The notes: a model not told the origin generated them from the sequence alone. Positions 47,646 to 58,007 are shown, numbered from the stretch's first letter. The stretch: 64,000 nt of DNA from Candidatus Thorarchaeota archaeon (GCA_046758445.1 JBHIAE010000006.1:1-64000); one strand, 5' to 3'. Translations and numbers: made by a program.

Positions 47646-49313
47646 TCACAATACACTCATAATGCGCTCGAGGACCCATTCATTTCCCAGAAGGTTCAGC
47701 AACCCACCTAATCTTGGACCTGATTCTCTGGATATCAGGACTCGATAGAAAACGATGAACGCTCTCTTATCTTTGAGGCCCACTGAGCGAGCAGTTTCAA
47801 AGACCTTGCTCTGCAATTCCTCATCATCAAGAGATTCGTCCTTCAAGACTTCAACGAACATTCGGAGGAATTCACGGTCATTATCTGTCAATGTATCGAT
47901 AATTCCACTTGGCACAGATTCGGGGATCTCAACCTTGTCTCGTTCAGTTCCATAGTCATGGGCCCAAGTCTTTGCTCTATAGAGTCTTATTGGAATCAGT
48001 TCTTTTGCTTCAGGTGAAGCAGTATCAAGTCCAAACTGCTTCTTGAGAACCTGTTCGCATCGTTCTAGAATCGTCGTCTTGCCAAGAATGTCCTCCATCT
48101 GTGAGGTTATGACCGCGAATTTGAACGGTAGTTTTGGAATGTGTTTCTCCGGGACATCACCGGCTAGACAAAGAGGGTACAACAGCTGAACGAATTCCAT
48201 TCGCTCCTCAGGAGCATCCTCAAGCCCGTAAAAAGTTCTCTCGAATCTATCGAACTCATCCACCATGTCAGGCATTCTTTCAGGCTGTAAGTCAATTGCA
48301 CGTTCAAGAGGTGGTCTTAGTACTATGTACCGATATAGCTCAGGAGGCGCGATAGATAGCCAGACCTTTGGACTGAGAACTATGCCTTCAGAGGTTGACA
48401 TATCACGACCTCCAACACGTACCCACTCAAAAGGAACCTTCACTGGACCATCCCAGCCAAAGACACGCCGAGATATCTCTAGACCAGTGTCAAATGAACC
48501 CCCTTTCACAGAATGGTCTTTTCCTGCAGGCTCGCATATCACGTTTAGTACGTACCATTTAGCCGGCCAATCAATTCTCCAAGAGAGTTTCACACGAAGT
48601 CGATCTAGAGGGGCTTCATCACTATGACCACATGATGGGCAAGAAAAGGAAACCTCGTCAGAAGTAGGATCGTAGCCTGTAATTCTATTTGGGACAATTT
48701 CCCCCTTCGCACCTGCTTGAATACGTCCACAAGAGGGGCAGAATACAGAGCCTGGAAACCAATTCTTCATGGATTCGATATAAGCTGCTTTCTGCTCATC
48801 ATTGAAGTCACGAGCCACATATTCAATCAGTATCTCACGAATAGTTTCCGTGTTCTTCAGACATATCCTAGTGGCTTCCAGCATCTCTGGAGTTTCGTAT
48901 AGTCTGCTCTGCCATATCACCTCGGGATTGACACCAAACTTTGGAAATGATTCTATGAACTCGTTTGCCACATGTGCTCCAAAACTCTCACAGCAGCCAA
49001 ACTCATCTGGAACCTTAGAATATGGTATTCCTAGCCACTCATCAAGAGGGAGTGACACACTTGAAGGAAATGAACGCACTGGGTCTAGATCGTCTACCAC
49101 GAAGAGCGTGCGTGCTTTTTTTCCAGCTTCTAGCAGTTTTCGCTTGATAACATCAGCTATGATGAGTTCACGATAGAAACTGATGGGAATGTTACCGCTT
49201 GTGCTCTTCCCGGTAGAAACTAAGTACTCATCAACATCGCGTTCTAGTACACTGTCAACTACGTCTCTTATCCAGTGGATACTATACTCCTCTTCTTGAG
49301 GTCCTTTGGCCAC
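47646..49313 (-). CDS. lysS: class I lysyl-tRNA synthetase-like protein (HIGH and KMSKS degenerate)
   Basis: HW, DDLD..R, CPSCG..CPSCG, KLSWRIDWPAKW, EPAGKDH, GPRLG; HIGH site reads SGNIPISF. Confidence 0.88.
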   Translation of the reverse strand: MAKGPQEEEYSIHWIRDVVDSVLERDVDEYLVSTGKSTSGNIPISFYRELIIADVIKRKLLEAGKKARTLFVVDDLDPVRSFPSSVSLPLDEWLGIPYSKVPDEFGCCESFGAHVANEFIESFPKFGVNPEVIWQSRLYETPEMLEATRICLKNTETIREILIEYVARDFNDEQKAAYIESMKNWFPGSVFCPSCGRIQAGAKGEIVPNRITGYDPTSDEVSFSCPSCGHSDEAPLDRLRVKLSWRIDWPAKWYVLNVICEPAGKDHSVKGGSFDTGLEISRRVFGWDGPVKVPFEWVRVGGRDMSTSEGIVLSPKVWLSIAPPELYRYIVLRPPLERAIDLQPERMPDMVDEFDRFERTFYGLEDAPEERMEFVQLLYPLCLAGDVPEKHIPKLPFKFAVITSQMEDILGKTTILERCEQVLKKQFGLDTASPEAKELIPIRLYRAKTWAHDYGTERDKVEIPESVPSGIIDTLTDNDREFLRMFVEVLKDESLDDEELQSKVFETARSVGLKDKRAFIVFYRVLISRESGPRLGGLLNLLGNEWVLERIMSVL

Positions 49314-49361
49314 CTGACAGTCACCAGTTTCACGCTCGGGCGGACTCTAAAGAACGTTGCT

Positions 49362-51212
49362 CTAGACTGAGAACTCGGACACTCTTAGTTCAGCTCTACT
49401 GCTGAAAATGAGGTAAGCTGGAACAGCGGCCAAGACCACAACCACAAGGAGCGCAGCAAGTGTGATCGTGATTGCCATTGGCAGATACAACAGAGATGGA
49501 ACTGCAGCCTCAGGAATGAGGAAGTAGATGCTGAAGAAGGTTGCAACCAAGACTCCCGGTATTCCAGACTTGAGACCCATGTCCACTCCTTCTGCAACTA
49601 TCGTTTTTGCGATGAAGCTCGGTGTGGCCCCCAGAGAGCGCATTATCACGTAATCTCTGAGTCTTCCAAAGACCGAAACCAAAAGATAGTTCACTAAGCT
49701 GAGGAAAGCACTTAGTAGCGCCATTAATGGAAGTGGCTGCAAAAGCGTCCAGAAAGCGCCTATGGTGCTTAGATTGTCTTCTAGCACTTCTTGCTGTAGG
49801 AAGATGTCCATCCCATAATCACTTGCGAGTGTTTCGATCTGCGCGATGACTGAAGAGTCGTATTCGTCAAGCTGAACAAGGACCAAGTTGGCCCCAGCGA
49901 TTCCGTAGAGGCTCTGCATTCGGTCGATGCTCATGTAAGCCACCGTTCCACCATTTAAGATGTCGAACGCTACTGCTTGGACCTCAAGCGAGGCTCCCTG
50001 TACCTCGAGACTCTGGACGAGAGGGTCTACGTAAAGGTCATTCGCCATTTGCCCACCTATCCAGACTTGAAGCGATGAATTGATCTCTCCGCCTTCGTAG
50101 TACCAGTCTGATATCGTGCGGTCCCAATCGATTCCAACGACAAGTGCAAATCCGCTCCGATTCTCACCAATGAACTCATACTCTTCAAGAGTAGGATTCC
50201 ATATGATTCCAGGCATTTCGCGGATAGCTGCGTAGCAGAGAAACCGTTGGTCAAGACCTCGAACACCTGCAAGTTCAGTCAAGTTGCCAATGAGATCTGC
50301 AGACACCATGAAAGATTCATCGGTGAAGTTGAACGACTCATCGAGCTTGGATCCTGTCAGAGAGTATGCACCATAGTACTGATTCAAGAGGTCGGTGTTT
50401 CCAACCGCCACGATGTTGGAGCCCATGGATCGGATTACATAGGCATTGGTAGTTGACTCAACAACGCCCCCCCCAATCCAAAGCAGTGAAGCCAATGAAA
50501 TACTGAGGAATAACGAAAGAAGAGTTCTTCGAGACCCTCTGAAGCGACGGCCAGTGGCCTTTGTCGCAATTCGGAAAGACAAACCGAACGTGTCCAAGTA
50601 TCCAACCTTGCGGACCTTGGTGCCAACATCGGGGTTCAGAGCGGCAATCGGAGACTCGTGTACCGTGTCGTAGATTGGCTTCTGTGCTGCGAAATACCCA
50701 ACCAATACATAGATTGTTCCAAGGCCAGCAATTTGAAGCAGAGGGAAGTTTGCTGAGAAGGAGAGTGTGGGAACCACTGATGCCAGCCAGAAGAGACCAA
50801 TCAAGTAGAGAATTGCTCCTATGGCGATGCCAAGTATCACACTTGAACCAAGCATTATGACTGCTTGAGCCATGAAGTGATCGAATATCGTATCCATCAA
50901 AGTGCCTATAGACTTCATCAACCCAATGTCCTTTCTGCGAGTTACCATCTCAAGGGACACTGTACTTGACACCACTACAACGCCCAGGATTAGAACAAGA
51001 AGGAGCGTGGCCCAGATGAAAGTTTCAAAGAACACTCCAAGCGATGCAGTTGTATCACTTGCAGTGACAAAGGAGGTCACATCAAGCAGAACATTGCCGA
51101 ACAGGAGTAGGAACGTAGTGGCAGCGACAACGCTAGTCATCGATATGAGAATCAGAGTGCTCCGGAAAGGTCTACGTTTCAAGTCCTTTGAGGCGTAGTC
51201 CTGCTCAGACAT
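49362..51212 (-). CDS. FtsX/MacB-type ABC permease
   Basis: Two FtsX domains (RRKDIGLMKSIG; RDYVIMRSLGA) plus extracellular domain. Confidence 0.9.
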   Translation of the reverse strand: MSEQDYASKDLKRRPFRSTLILISMTSVVAATTFLLLFGNVLLDVTSFVTASDTTASLGVFFETFIWATLLLVLILGVVVVSSTVSLEMVTRRKDIGLMKSIGTLMDTIFDHFMAQAVIMLGSSVILGIAIGAILYLIGLFWLASVVPTLSFSANFPLLQIAGLGTIYVLVGYFAAQKPIYDTVHESPIAALNPDVGTKVRKVGYLDTFGLSFRIATKATGRRFRGSRRTLLSLFLSISLASLLWIGGGVVESTTNAYVIRSMGSNIVAVGNTDLLNQYYGAYSLTGSKLDESFNFTDESFMVSADLIGNLTELAGVRGLDQRFLCYAAIREMPGIIWNPTLEEYEFIGENRSGFALVVGIDWDRTISDWYYEGGEINSSLQVWIGGQMANDLYVDPLVQSLEVQGASLEVQAVAFDILNGGTVAYMSIDRMQSLYGIAGANLVLVQLDEYDSSVIAQIETLASDYGMDIFLQQEVLEDNLSTIGAFWTLLQPLPLMALLSAFLSLVNYLLVSVFGRLRDYVIMRSLGATPSFIAKTIVAEGVDMGLKSGIPGVLVATFFSIYFLIPEAAVPSLLYLPMAITITLAALLVVVVLAAVPAYLIFSSRAELRVSEFSV

Positions 51213-51957
51213 CTGTGGTTAACTCTCCGTCAGCCATTTTGAGATGACGTGCACGCGGGGTGTCAATGATATGTTCGTCGTGTGTCATCACAATGACAGC
51301 CTTACCTTGACTATGAAGTTCTCGCAGGAGGCCACGGACCATCTTAGCGCTCACGGAGTCTAAGTTCGCCGTGGGCTCGTCTGCTAGAATGATTGGGGGG
51401 TCGTTTGCCATTGCTCTGGCAATTGCCACTCTCTGCTGTTCGCCTGAGCTCAGTTGCCACGGAAGATGGTCTGTGCGGTCATCAAGACCTATCTTCTTGA
51501 GTAGTTTCAATGCGTCAGCATTTATCTCAGCGAGAGGCTTCTCAGAAAGTTGCATTGGAAACATGACATTCTCCAGGGCAGTCAGTGTTGAAACAAGGTT
51601 ATAGCTTTGAAAGATGAAACCAGTGTTCACAAGCCGAAAGGTCGCCCGGAACGACTCATCGTAGTCTCCAATTGGCACATCCATTACGAATACGCGGCCT
51701 TCGGACGCGTAGTCTATTGCTCCTATCAGGTTGAGTAGTGTCGTCTTTCCGGAACCAGACGGCCCTGATATTGCCACGAAATCATCCATCTTGACTTCGA
51801 GCGAAACATCATGGAGTGCCTCTATCTCTCGCACTCCAATGTTGTATCTCCTGGAAACGTTCACTAGACGCACTGCATTAGTCACAACTTCCGGTTCATC
51901 GCTGTCGATTTCATCATAGGTGTCATCAGCAGTCCAGACATCCTCATCAGCCATCAA
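51205..51957 (-). CDS. ABC transporter ATP-binding protein
   Basis: [30 protein letters not shown]. Confidence 0.95.
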   Translation of the reverse strand: MMADEDVWTADDTYDEIDSDEPEVVTNAVRLVNVSRRYNIGVREIEALHDVSLEVKMDDFVAISGPSGSGKTTLLNLIGAIDYASEGRVFVMDVPIGDYDESFRATFRLVNTGFIFQSYNLVSTLTALENVMFPMQLSEKPLAEINADALKLLKKIGLDDRTDHLPWQLSSGEQQRVAIARAMANDPPIILADEPTANLDSVSAKMVRGLLRELHSQGKAVIVMTHDEHIIDTPRARHLKMADGELTTDV

Positions 51958-52060
51958 ACGGGCCTCCTGGAGTAGTCATTATGGGTGGTCAGGCAGTTTC
52001 GGCTGACAACCCTGACTCCAGCTTCACATCCATTGAAAGATAAAGGTAGAGGTACTTCAA

Positions 52061-52894
52061 CTATTGTACCAGCAGCCCGAAGCTGCCAAGAGATACTCGT
52101 GCCCAGTCACTTAGGATTAACGGTCGTTCTCTTCCAAACACTCTGACTACTTCCAGAACGCCTGCCTTCACTAGCGCACTAACATAGTAGGAGACCAAGC
52201 TCTTGTCGAGTGATAGAGTTCTGCTCAGTTCAGCCTGAGTGATTCTACCATTGGCCATACACTCTCTAAGCACTGACTGGATTGTGGGATTCCTAGCTAG
52301 GGATGATAGTCGAAGGACTTGTTCATCTTCGCAATAGCCCTTTGGATACAGATGCCGTGTGTTGCCATTTCGCATAGAGAAGATTACTTCAGCATCCTCA
52401 AGATTGTTTAGATGGTATTGGAGAGCACCCATCGCGCAGCCGATGCTTCGGTGGAGTTCTCTCAGGTGTATCCCGGGATTTGCGGCGATCACATCCAGTA
52501 CTCTATCTCTTAGCTTCTGAGGATGCTCATGCTCTTTGCGGTCTATCGAAACTGTACCAATCATGATGAAGAGTGAGCCTGCAACAATTGACTGTGTCAA
52601 TCCCTCAGGAAGTATCACAGATGTTCCAGACTCGACAACCAGCGACTCTAGCTCGACCCCAAGGAATGTTGTGTTCTTGAACCAGCCTAGCCCCAAGTCG
52701 AGTTCTGACAACACGGGGGCTGAAAATGAAGAATGAGAGTTATCTTGAACAACCAGGGGTTCACCACCAGTACCGAATCCAAACAGGACTAGCCCTGCAA
52801 GACCCGATCCCAGAATGAGTAGGGAGAGTCCGATGATGGCTTTGCTGGTTCTTGCTGAGACCATATGGTCTGTCCACCGTTCTGACTTGCTCAT
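52061..52894 (-). CDS. membrane-anchored double-wHTH transcriptional regulator
   Basis: Two TM segments; NPGIHLREL..LQYHL; ITQAEL..KSLVSYYV. Confidence 0.85.
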   Translation of the reverse strand: MSKSERWTDHMVSARTSKAIIGLSLLILGSGLAGLVLFGFGTGGEPLVVQDNSHSSFSAPVLSELDLGLGWFKNTTFLGVELESLVVESGTSVILPEGLTQSIVAGSLFIMIGTVSIDRKEHEHPQKLRDRVLDVIAANPGIHLRELHRSIGCAMGALQYHLNNLEDAEVIFSMRNGNTRHLYPKGYCEDEQVLRLSSLARNPTIQSVLRECMANGRITQAELSRTLSLDKSLVSYYVSALVKAGVLEVVRVFGRERPLILSDWARVSLGSFGLLVQ

Positions 52895-52943
52895 CTAGCT
52901 AGTTAAGCGATATGTATGGTTAATGGACGTACTATTAATGCAT

Positions 52944-53492
52944 CTATTCGGGAGAAGGATGGGACAGCGTAATCTTGAATCTGCAGGCGTCCGCACCAGC
53001 AGACATGCACGTGTCCTCAATGACATCCAACTTCTCATACTCGATTCTGTTGAAGTCAACCAAGTATTCTACTACCGCCTCTATGAAGCCCTTGAGAAAG
53101 AAACAGGAGGGCTCGTTGGACTCATAACCAGATGCATAAGAGTTGTTTTGGACCTGAATCACCCCTTCCTCATCGCGAGCGGCCTTGCTGACATTCTCTA
53201 TCGCAATGTCACCAAATGGGACAATGAGAAAAGTAAGAACAGTATTGATGAACTCGACGATTCCTTTGAAATCTGCGGGAGGCTTCTGCTTGCCAATCTT
53301 GAAGTACTCCCGTTGTGCCTCGAGGCCGGCCAGACGACCAGCGCTATAGAACAAGTCTCTAACACGGTCAGGAAACATAAAGGCGATTCGGTTTGCGATT
53401 TTGTTCCAAGTCTTCGAGAAAAAGGCCCGCATTAGGTCTCTTTCTTTCAGCCTTCCCGCCCACCAAGGGACCACTTCTTCTCGTTTCGCCAT
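52944..53492 (-). CDS. V4R-domain protein
   Basis: FYSAGRLAG, SCFFLKG, EDTCMSAGADACRF. Confidence 0.88.
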   Translation of the reverse strand: MAKREEVVPWWAGRLKERDLMRAFFSKTWNKIANRIAFMFPDRVRDLFYSAGRLAGLEAQREYFKIGKQKPPADFKGIVEFINTVLTFLIVPFGDIAIENVSKAARDEEGVIQVQNNSYASGYESNEPSCFFLKGFIEAVVEYLVDFNRIEYEKLDVIEDTCMSAGADACRFKITLSHPSPE

Positions 53493-53551
53493 CGCAGCGT
53501 CTCCATTCAACCGAGTGAAGCAACACGTGTTAAGTGCTTTGTGCTGACATT

Positions 53552-54022
53552 TCACGGAACACGTATGTTCCAAGTGCAAGTTTCGGCTCCCGTGGCTCGG
53601 CAGAGTTCTTGAAACACCTTAGCTTCAACTCCCTTGAACTCCAGAATCGACTCAAGAATACCACTGAGACCTTCACAATAGCTAAAACCTCTCATTCCTT
53701 CCAAGGTGATATCTTGGCACCAGATGCAGTCCTTGTCCGTCACCCTTACTGAACCTTTGGAGGTCCTGTCAATACTTGTAGGCCTCTTATTGTAGAGTGC
53801 TCGAAAGATGGAATCAACCAGCTTTGAGATATCCTCGTCGGATGTTGCCGTCTCTTTTGTCTTTTCAGCCAGTTCTGTTGACAGATAGATATGGTATCCC
53901 ATTTCTCGGCCAAGATCGCGCAGTTTTTGGTTGGCTTCTTCAATGTTGTTGGTTTCAGAGAGAACTCTGCCGACCATTTGCGAATAGAGACTCACAAACA
54001 AGGGATTTTCTAGTTTTGGCAT
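53552..54022 (-). CDS. V4R / TRAPP Bet3-family-like protein (Trs31-like N-terminus)
   Basis: LFVSLYSQMV..NQKLRDLGREMG; CIWC, YCEGLSG, CRATGAETC. Confidence 0.8.
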   Translation of the reverse strand: MPKLENPLFVSLYSQMVGRVLSETNNIEEANQKLRDLGREMGYHIYLSTELAEKTKETATSDEDISKLVDSIFRALYNKRPTSIDRTSKGSVRVTDKDCIWCQDITLEGMRGFSYCEGLSGILESILEFKGVEAKVFQELCRATGAETCTWNIRVP

Positions 54023-54050
54023 AGTATCAGAACCTCATGACTCCTATCAA

Positions 54051-55043
54051 TTAGACGGTCTTTCCTATCATCTTGATGCCGTGTTTCTTATTCCTCGCAA
54101 TTGTTTCGACCACTTTGGGATGTGGAATACGTGTCAGTTCGGCAATCTCTTCGGTCGTCCGAGTACCATTGCACAACCTAAGAATCTCAATGTCGCCATT
54201 CTTCACCTTGGAGAGATCACCTTCGAATCGTGGGTACTTGACTAACTTGCCCATGATCGATTCTGCAACTGGAACTTCCTCCTCGGCTTCCGGCACGTCA
54301 ACGATCCACTTCGAGGCCGCCCATTTGAGAAGCTCTATGACCCTCTCATTTGACTGAAACATGGAGTCGGCGATTTGGGAAGCACTCATAATGCCGTCAA
54401 CTAGCATAAGGACGTCGAACCCGAAGTGCCTGTGTGTTTCTCTCATTTCATTATGAAGGTTCGACTCCAACGAGAGAGCAGTCTGGTATGCCGTTCCCCT
54501 CTTGGGTATCGTTTCCGGCTTTACACTGAACGACTCAGGAGGTCGGTCCGGCACGGCTGAGAAAGGCGTTGTTTCAGGCGCCGTTCCGTCCAAACTTCCT
54601 ACCAATGTGTCTGATTCTGCATCTGGAGATGCCTGTGAGGTCGATGCAGCTTGGAGTGCAATACTCTCAAGGACCTTCAGATTGGACTCCGCAGAGTCCT
54701 CGAAGTCCTCTGGAGGAGGAGGTAATGCGATACCTTCCAGCAGCCTCAACACGTTTTTCGTTTTGGCAATCGCCAGACCTAGCTGCAGGTCCTTGACGTA
54801 GAGCACTGTGAGAATCCAGTTGTCGTCGACAGGAGAAAGAACCACGAGGCCCTCATCGGCGTCGGTTGTCATGAGACGCAGTTCGGACTTGTACAGGTTT
54901 ATGCTGTCTTTCACGCGCGGGAATAGCTCATTGGGAATTGAGAAGCTGACGAACGGTCGCCCTCCTCTGGTCAACAATGAGTAACCTAGCACTTGATCGT
55001 CAAACCTCAGCCTCGAGAGTGCGCGCTCCAAGTCGCCATTCAT
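54051..55043 (-). CDS. roadblock/longin-like N-domain + linker + two wHTH-like domains (paralog of 57005-57961)
   Basis: LERALSRLRFD..GY.L.T..G.PF.SFS; DLQLG.A; P.FEGD..KVK; CNG.RT. Confidence 0.75.
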   Translation of the reverse strand: MNGDLERALSRLRFDDQVLGYSLLTRGGRPFVSFSIPNELFPRVKDSINLYKSELRLMTTDADEGLVVLSPVDDNWILTVLYVKDLQLGLAIAKTKNVLRLLEGIALPPPPEDFEDSAESNLKVLESIALQAASTSQASPDAESDTLVGSLDGTAPETTPFSAVPDRPPESFSVKPETIPKRGTAYQTALSLESNLHNEMRETHRHFGFDVLMLVDGIMSASQIADSMFQSNERVIELLKWAASKWIVDVPEAEEEVPVAESIMGKLVKYPRFEGDLSKVKNGDIEILRLCNGTRTTEEIAELTRIPHPKVVETIARNKKHGIKMIGKTV

Positions 55044-55268
55044 CTAACTGCACCTATTTGCCGCTCTGGACTGCCCTAGACTTGCATGTACGTGAGTCAG
55101 ACCAAAAGTGGTCTGAAAAGGATTGTGGTAGCAGGAGACGGCTCCTTGTGATTGATTCGACAAACCTACGTAAGGAAAGGCTCTCCTCTGGTACGAATAG
55201 ATGTGGAAAGCGTTAAGAGGTCTGAAAGTACGCTGTGGCAGGACTTCAGTCGATGAGGAAACCGCAGC

Positions 55269-55832
55269 ATGAGGAATCTATTGGGTGGGCTTGTGGGAGC
55301 TCTCGTCGGAGCATGGCTACTGGTGACACTCTTAGCATTGGAACCCACATCCTATCCGGCCCCCTTTGACAGTGTTTGGATCCTTCTCGATGGGGCTGCC
55401 GAACTTCAGCAAGTCATCCGGCATATTCTGAATTCGGCTACCGTTGGTGCATATCTGGTATCCTGGTTGGTGGTTGGGATAGTCACTGGCCTCTTCTCCA
55501 AGTCGTCTTGGAATGCAGTAAGAACTTCAGTGTGGGCCGGCATTGTGATGTTCCTTCTGGCCCTGACCTCAAATCTAGTGCTAGACCCTCTCTTTTGGAC
55601 GAGCCCCAATCGAAATTGGGACTTAGTCTTCCTTTTTGCCTCCTCGATAATCATCGCAGGCCTTTCACTGCCATCTTCGGTACCCACTGTCAGGATAGTC
55701 AATATCCTTCAAAGGGGAAAGACTTTGCCCCCACCCGGGAAGATTCAGACAGTCTGCGAATGTGGTGCCGTCTTCAAATCTAGACCCTTGCTATGCTCAA
55801 ATTGCGGACGACGACTTGCTGAGAGCAAATGA
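55269..55832 (+). CDS. 4-TM membrane protein with C-terminal Zn ribbon
   Basis: Hydrophobic helices; CECG..CSNCG. Confidence 0.8.
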   Translation: MRNLLGGLVGALVGAWLLVTLLALEPTSYPAPFDSVWILLDGAAELQQVIRHILNSATVGAYLVSWLVVGIVTGLFSKSSWNAVRTSVWAGIVMFLLALTSNLVLDPLFWTSPNRNWDLVFLFASSIIIAGLSLPSSVPTVRIVNILQRGKTLPPPGKIQTVCECGAVFKSRPLLCSNCGRRLAESK

Positions 55833-55849
55833 CTAGACGTCGCAATCAC

Positions 55850-56365
55850 TCAGCGTTCTCTAGTGATCCCGCCGCCGAGAATGCCTCCTATTACGGCCGC
55901 TATTGCTGGGTAAAGAGAGCCATAGAGTATTGCTTCCAGAAGAACCATCGACGGTCCCCCAAAGAGAGCAAGGAAGTCAGGAGTCTGAATTACGAAAACC
56001 AAGATCCAAGTAAGAAAGGCACCCATGACAACCGCGAAGAGTGAAGCAAGAATCCCTGAAAGAATGTCTCTTGCCAATAGACCAGCCACTAGACCACCCG
56101 TGCCCCATGCAAGTGCCATCAAGACCGTGCCGCCCTGAGCCCCAGTACCGAGAATTGCCCCCAGGCCAGAGAATCCAACAGGTCCGGGATAGAGAACCGT
56201 GCCGACAATGGCGAGTCGCATCTCTAGATCAGTGTGAAGGAAGAAGTCATTTACTATTGTTGCAGAGATGAGATCTTCGGGCATGATCCCTCCAAGTGTT
56301 AGGATTACAAAAGCAATCGCAAATGCCATAATCAGTCCTGCGAAAGTTCCAAGCGTCTGACCCAA
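55850..56365 (-). CDS. Gly-rich 4-TM membrane protein
   Basis: AWGTGGLVAGLLAR; GGILGGG. Confidence 0.8.
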   Translation of the reverse strand: MGQTLGTFAGLIMAFAIAFVILTLGGIMPEDLISATIVNDFFLHTDLEMRLAIVGTVLYPGPVGFSGLGAILGTGAQGGTVLMALAWGTGGLVAGLLARDILSGILASLFAVVMGAFLTWILVFVIQTPDFLALFGGPSMVLLEAILYGSLYPAIAAVIGGILGGGITRER

Positions 56366-56495
56366 AGGCGGTCCTCCGACAAGTGATACTGTTGTCTTCT
56401 TGGATTGTGCTTATTTATACATATGCGCGACGGCCGTGGCAAATAGCAGTCCGAGCAACCACTAGACCGTCGTCACATCAGTTTTGCTTCTTCTC

Positions 56496-56999
56496 TTACC
56501 TGAGCCTCAGAGTCCAAGTACAGACATCGTCGCCCAGAGCACGACATGATTCTTGGTAGCTGTCCGCCTCGAAGCCACGGAGGTCCATTACGGCGTCAAA
56601 TACACCGCTGACAATTGCGCAGTACTGCAATCCAGGCATGTCCGTGATCACAACACCGGCGCAGACAGGACAGTCAGCATCAGTGAACTTGATTGTGCGT
56701 TTATCATCACTTATCCAGATGTCTGAGAACTCCTGTCCCGAGTTCACTTTGTAGGCCAGCCCTAGTGTGCTTGAGAACTCTGCGAACGCCGCTGCATGCT
56801 CTCTGATTCTATCAGCATAGTCCATCAATAGCGTTTCACCGACTCTGAAGCCTATCGCTTGCATCTTGCGATTGATTTCGTCAACACTGCCGCTCGTTGT
56901 CATGAGCAGATTCATTAGCTCTCGGTAGCTAGCCTGAAATAACACTCTCGACACCTTGTCGATTCTGAATGTCCAAGCCAGCTTTCCTTTTATTCCCAC
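56496..56999 (-). CDS. TRAPP Bet3/TRAPPC3-like V4R protein
   Basis: KVSRVLFQASY..EINRKMQAIGFRVGETLLMDY resembles the Bet3 N-terminus; CPVC, YC..SG, CRALGDDVC. Confidence 0.8.
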   Translation of the reverse strand: MGIKGKLAWTFRIDKVSRVLFQASYRELMNLLMTTSGSVDEINRKMQAIGFRVGETLLMDYADRIREHAAAFAEFSSTLGLAYKVNSGQEFSDIWISDDKRTIKFTDADCPVCAGVVITDMPGLQYCAIVSGVFDAVMDLRGFEADSYQESCRALGDDVCTWTLRLR

Positions 57000-57004
57000 T
57001 TACA

Positions 57005-57961
57005 TCACACCTCAGTTCTTGATACAGATTTCATTCCTTTGCGTATGAACGTTAGAGTCTTTCCTCGATAGTGTATAATGCTTTGTAATGCCTTGAAATA
57101 CGGAATGTCTAGGAGCTTTGAGATGTCTTGAAGCGTGCGTTCACCATTACACATCGCCAAGAGCTCTCTGTGCTCTTTCTTGACCTTGTTAATGTCACCT
57201 TCGAATAGAGGTAATTCCACAATCTCGATGTCCCCGGCTTCCTGTTCCTCGGGACACTCGATGGAAATGATCTGCTTCTGGACACACCATTTGATGACCT
57301 CAAAAACCTGCTCGATTCTCCTGCCAAGACTCTCGAATATCTTGAAGGCAGTCCGCTTCTCGTTAACCATGAGTAGAACATCGATGCCTAAATTAGAGAA
57401 CTTCGCCTTGAGCTCGTTGTTCAGGGTGGCATCGAGGGTCATCGCTTCATTGAACATTGCACCTTGATGTACAACGCATCCATGTCGGACCTCTACGACC
57501 AAAGGAGGAGCCTCTACCGGTGGAGTTTCAACTGCCACCCCCGGTTCAACAGAAGGTGCTTCCAGCACTGAATCCTCCGAAACCATTCCTGTTGTCCCCG
57601 CGCTTTGGGTCACAACTGGTTCAGAAACAGGCTTGGGTGGAGGAGGCAGTACTACAGTTCCCATTAGATCGACGACTTCCTTGGTCTTCTGCAAGGCAAC
57701 TCCGAGTTGGAGGTCAGGAGAAAAGAGTACAGCCAGAACCCAATTGCTATCAACTCTTGCAAGAATGACGATACCCCTATCTGTCATTACATTGATCAGA
57801 TTGAAGGATTCCCCATGGATTCTCAGAGCTCCCTGAACCATTGGTAGGACGTCATCCGGCAAGGAGAAGGACAGGAATGGCTGACCATCGTTTGTTATGA
57901 GAGCGTATCCACTAACGGCCTCATCGAACTTCAGTTTGCTGAGGACACGCTCTAGCTCCAA
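57005..57961 (-). CDS. roadblock/longin-like N-domain + linker + two wHTH-like domains (paralog of 54051-55043)
   Basis: Colinear similarity to 54051-55043. Confidence 0.75.
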   Translation of the reverse strand: MELERVLSKLKFDEAVSGYALITNDGQPFLSFSLPDDVLPMVQGALRIHGESFNLINVMTDRGIVILARVDSNWVLAVLFSPDLQLGVALQKTKEVVDLMGTVVLPPPPKPVSEPVVTQSAGTTGMVSEDSVLEAPSVEPGVAVETPPVEAPPLVVEVRHGCVVHQGAMFNEAMTLDATLNNELKAKFSNLGIDVLLMVNEKRTAFKIFESLGRRIEQVFEVIKWCVQKQIISIECPEEQEAGDIEIVELPLFEGDINKVKKEHRELLAMCNGERTLQDISKLLDIPYFKALQSIIHYRGKTLTFIRKGMKSVSRTEV

Positions 57962-58007
57962 AGTACTGACGCACCTAGACTTTCCATGAGTAGCAGTCCA
58001 TCAATTA

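Noticed and set aside
52923-53435. 170-aa plus-strand ORF
   Set aside because: Antisense to the motif-supported V4R gene.
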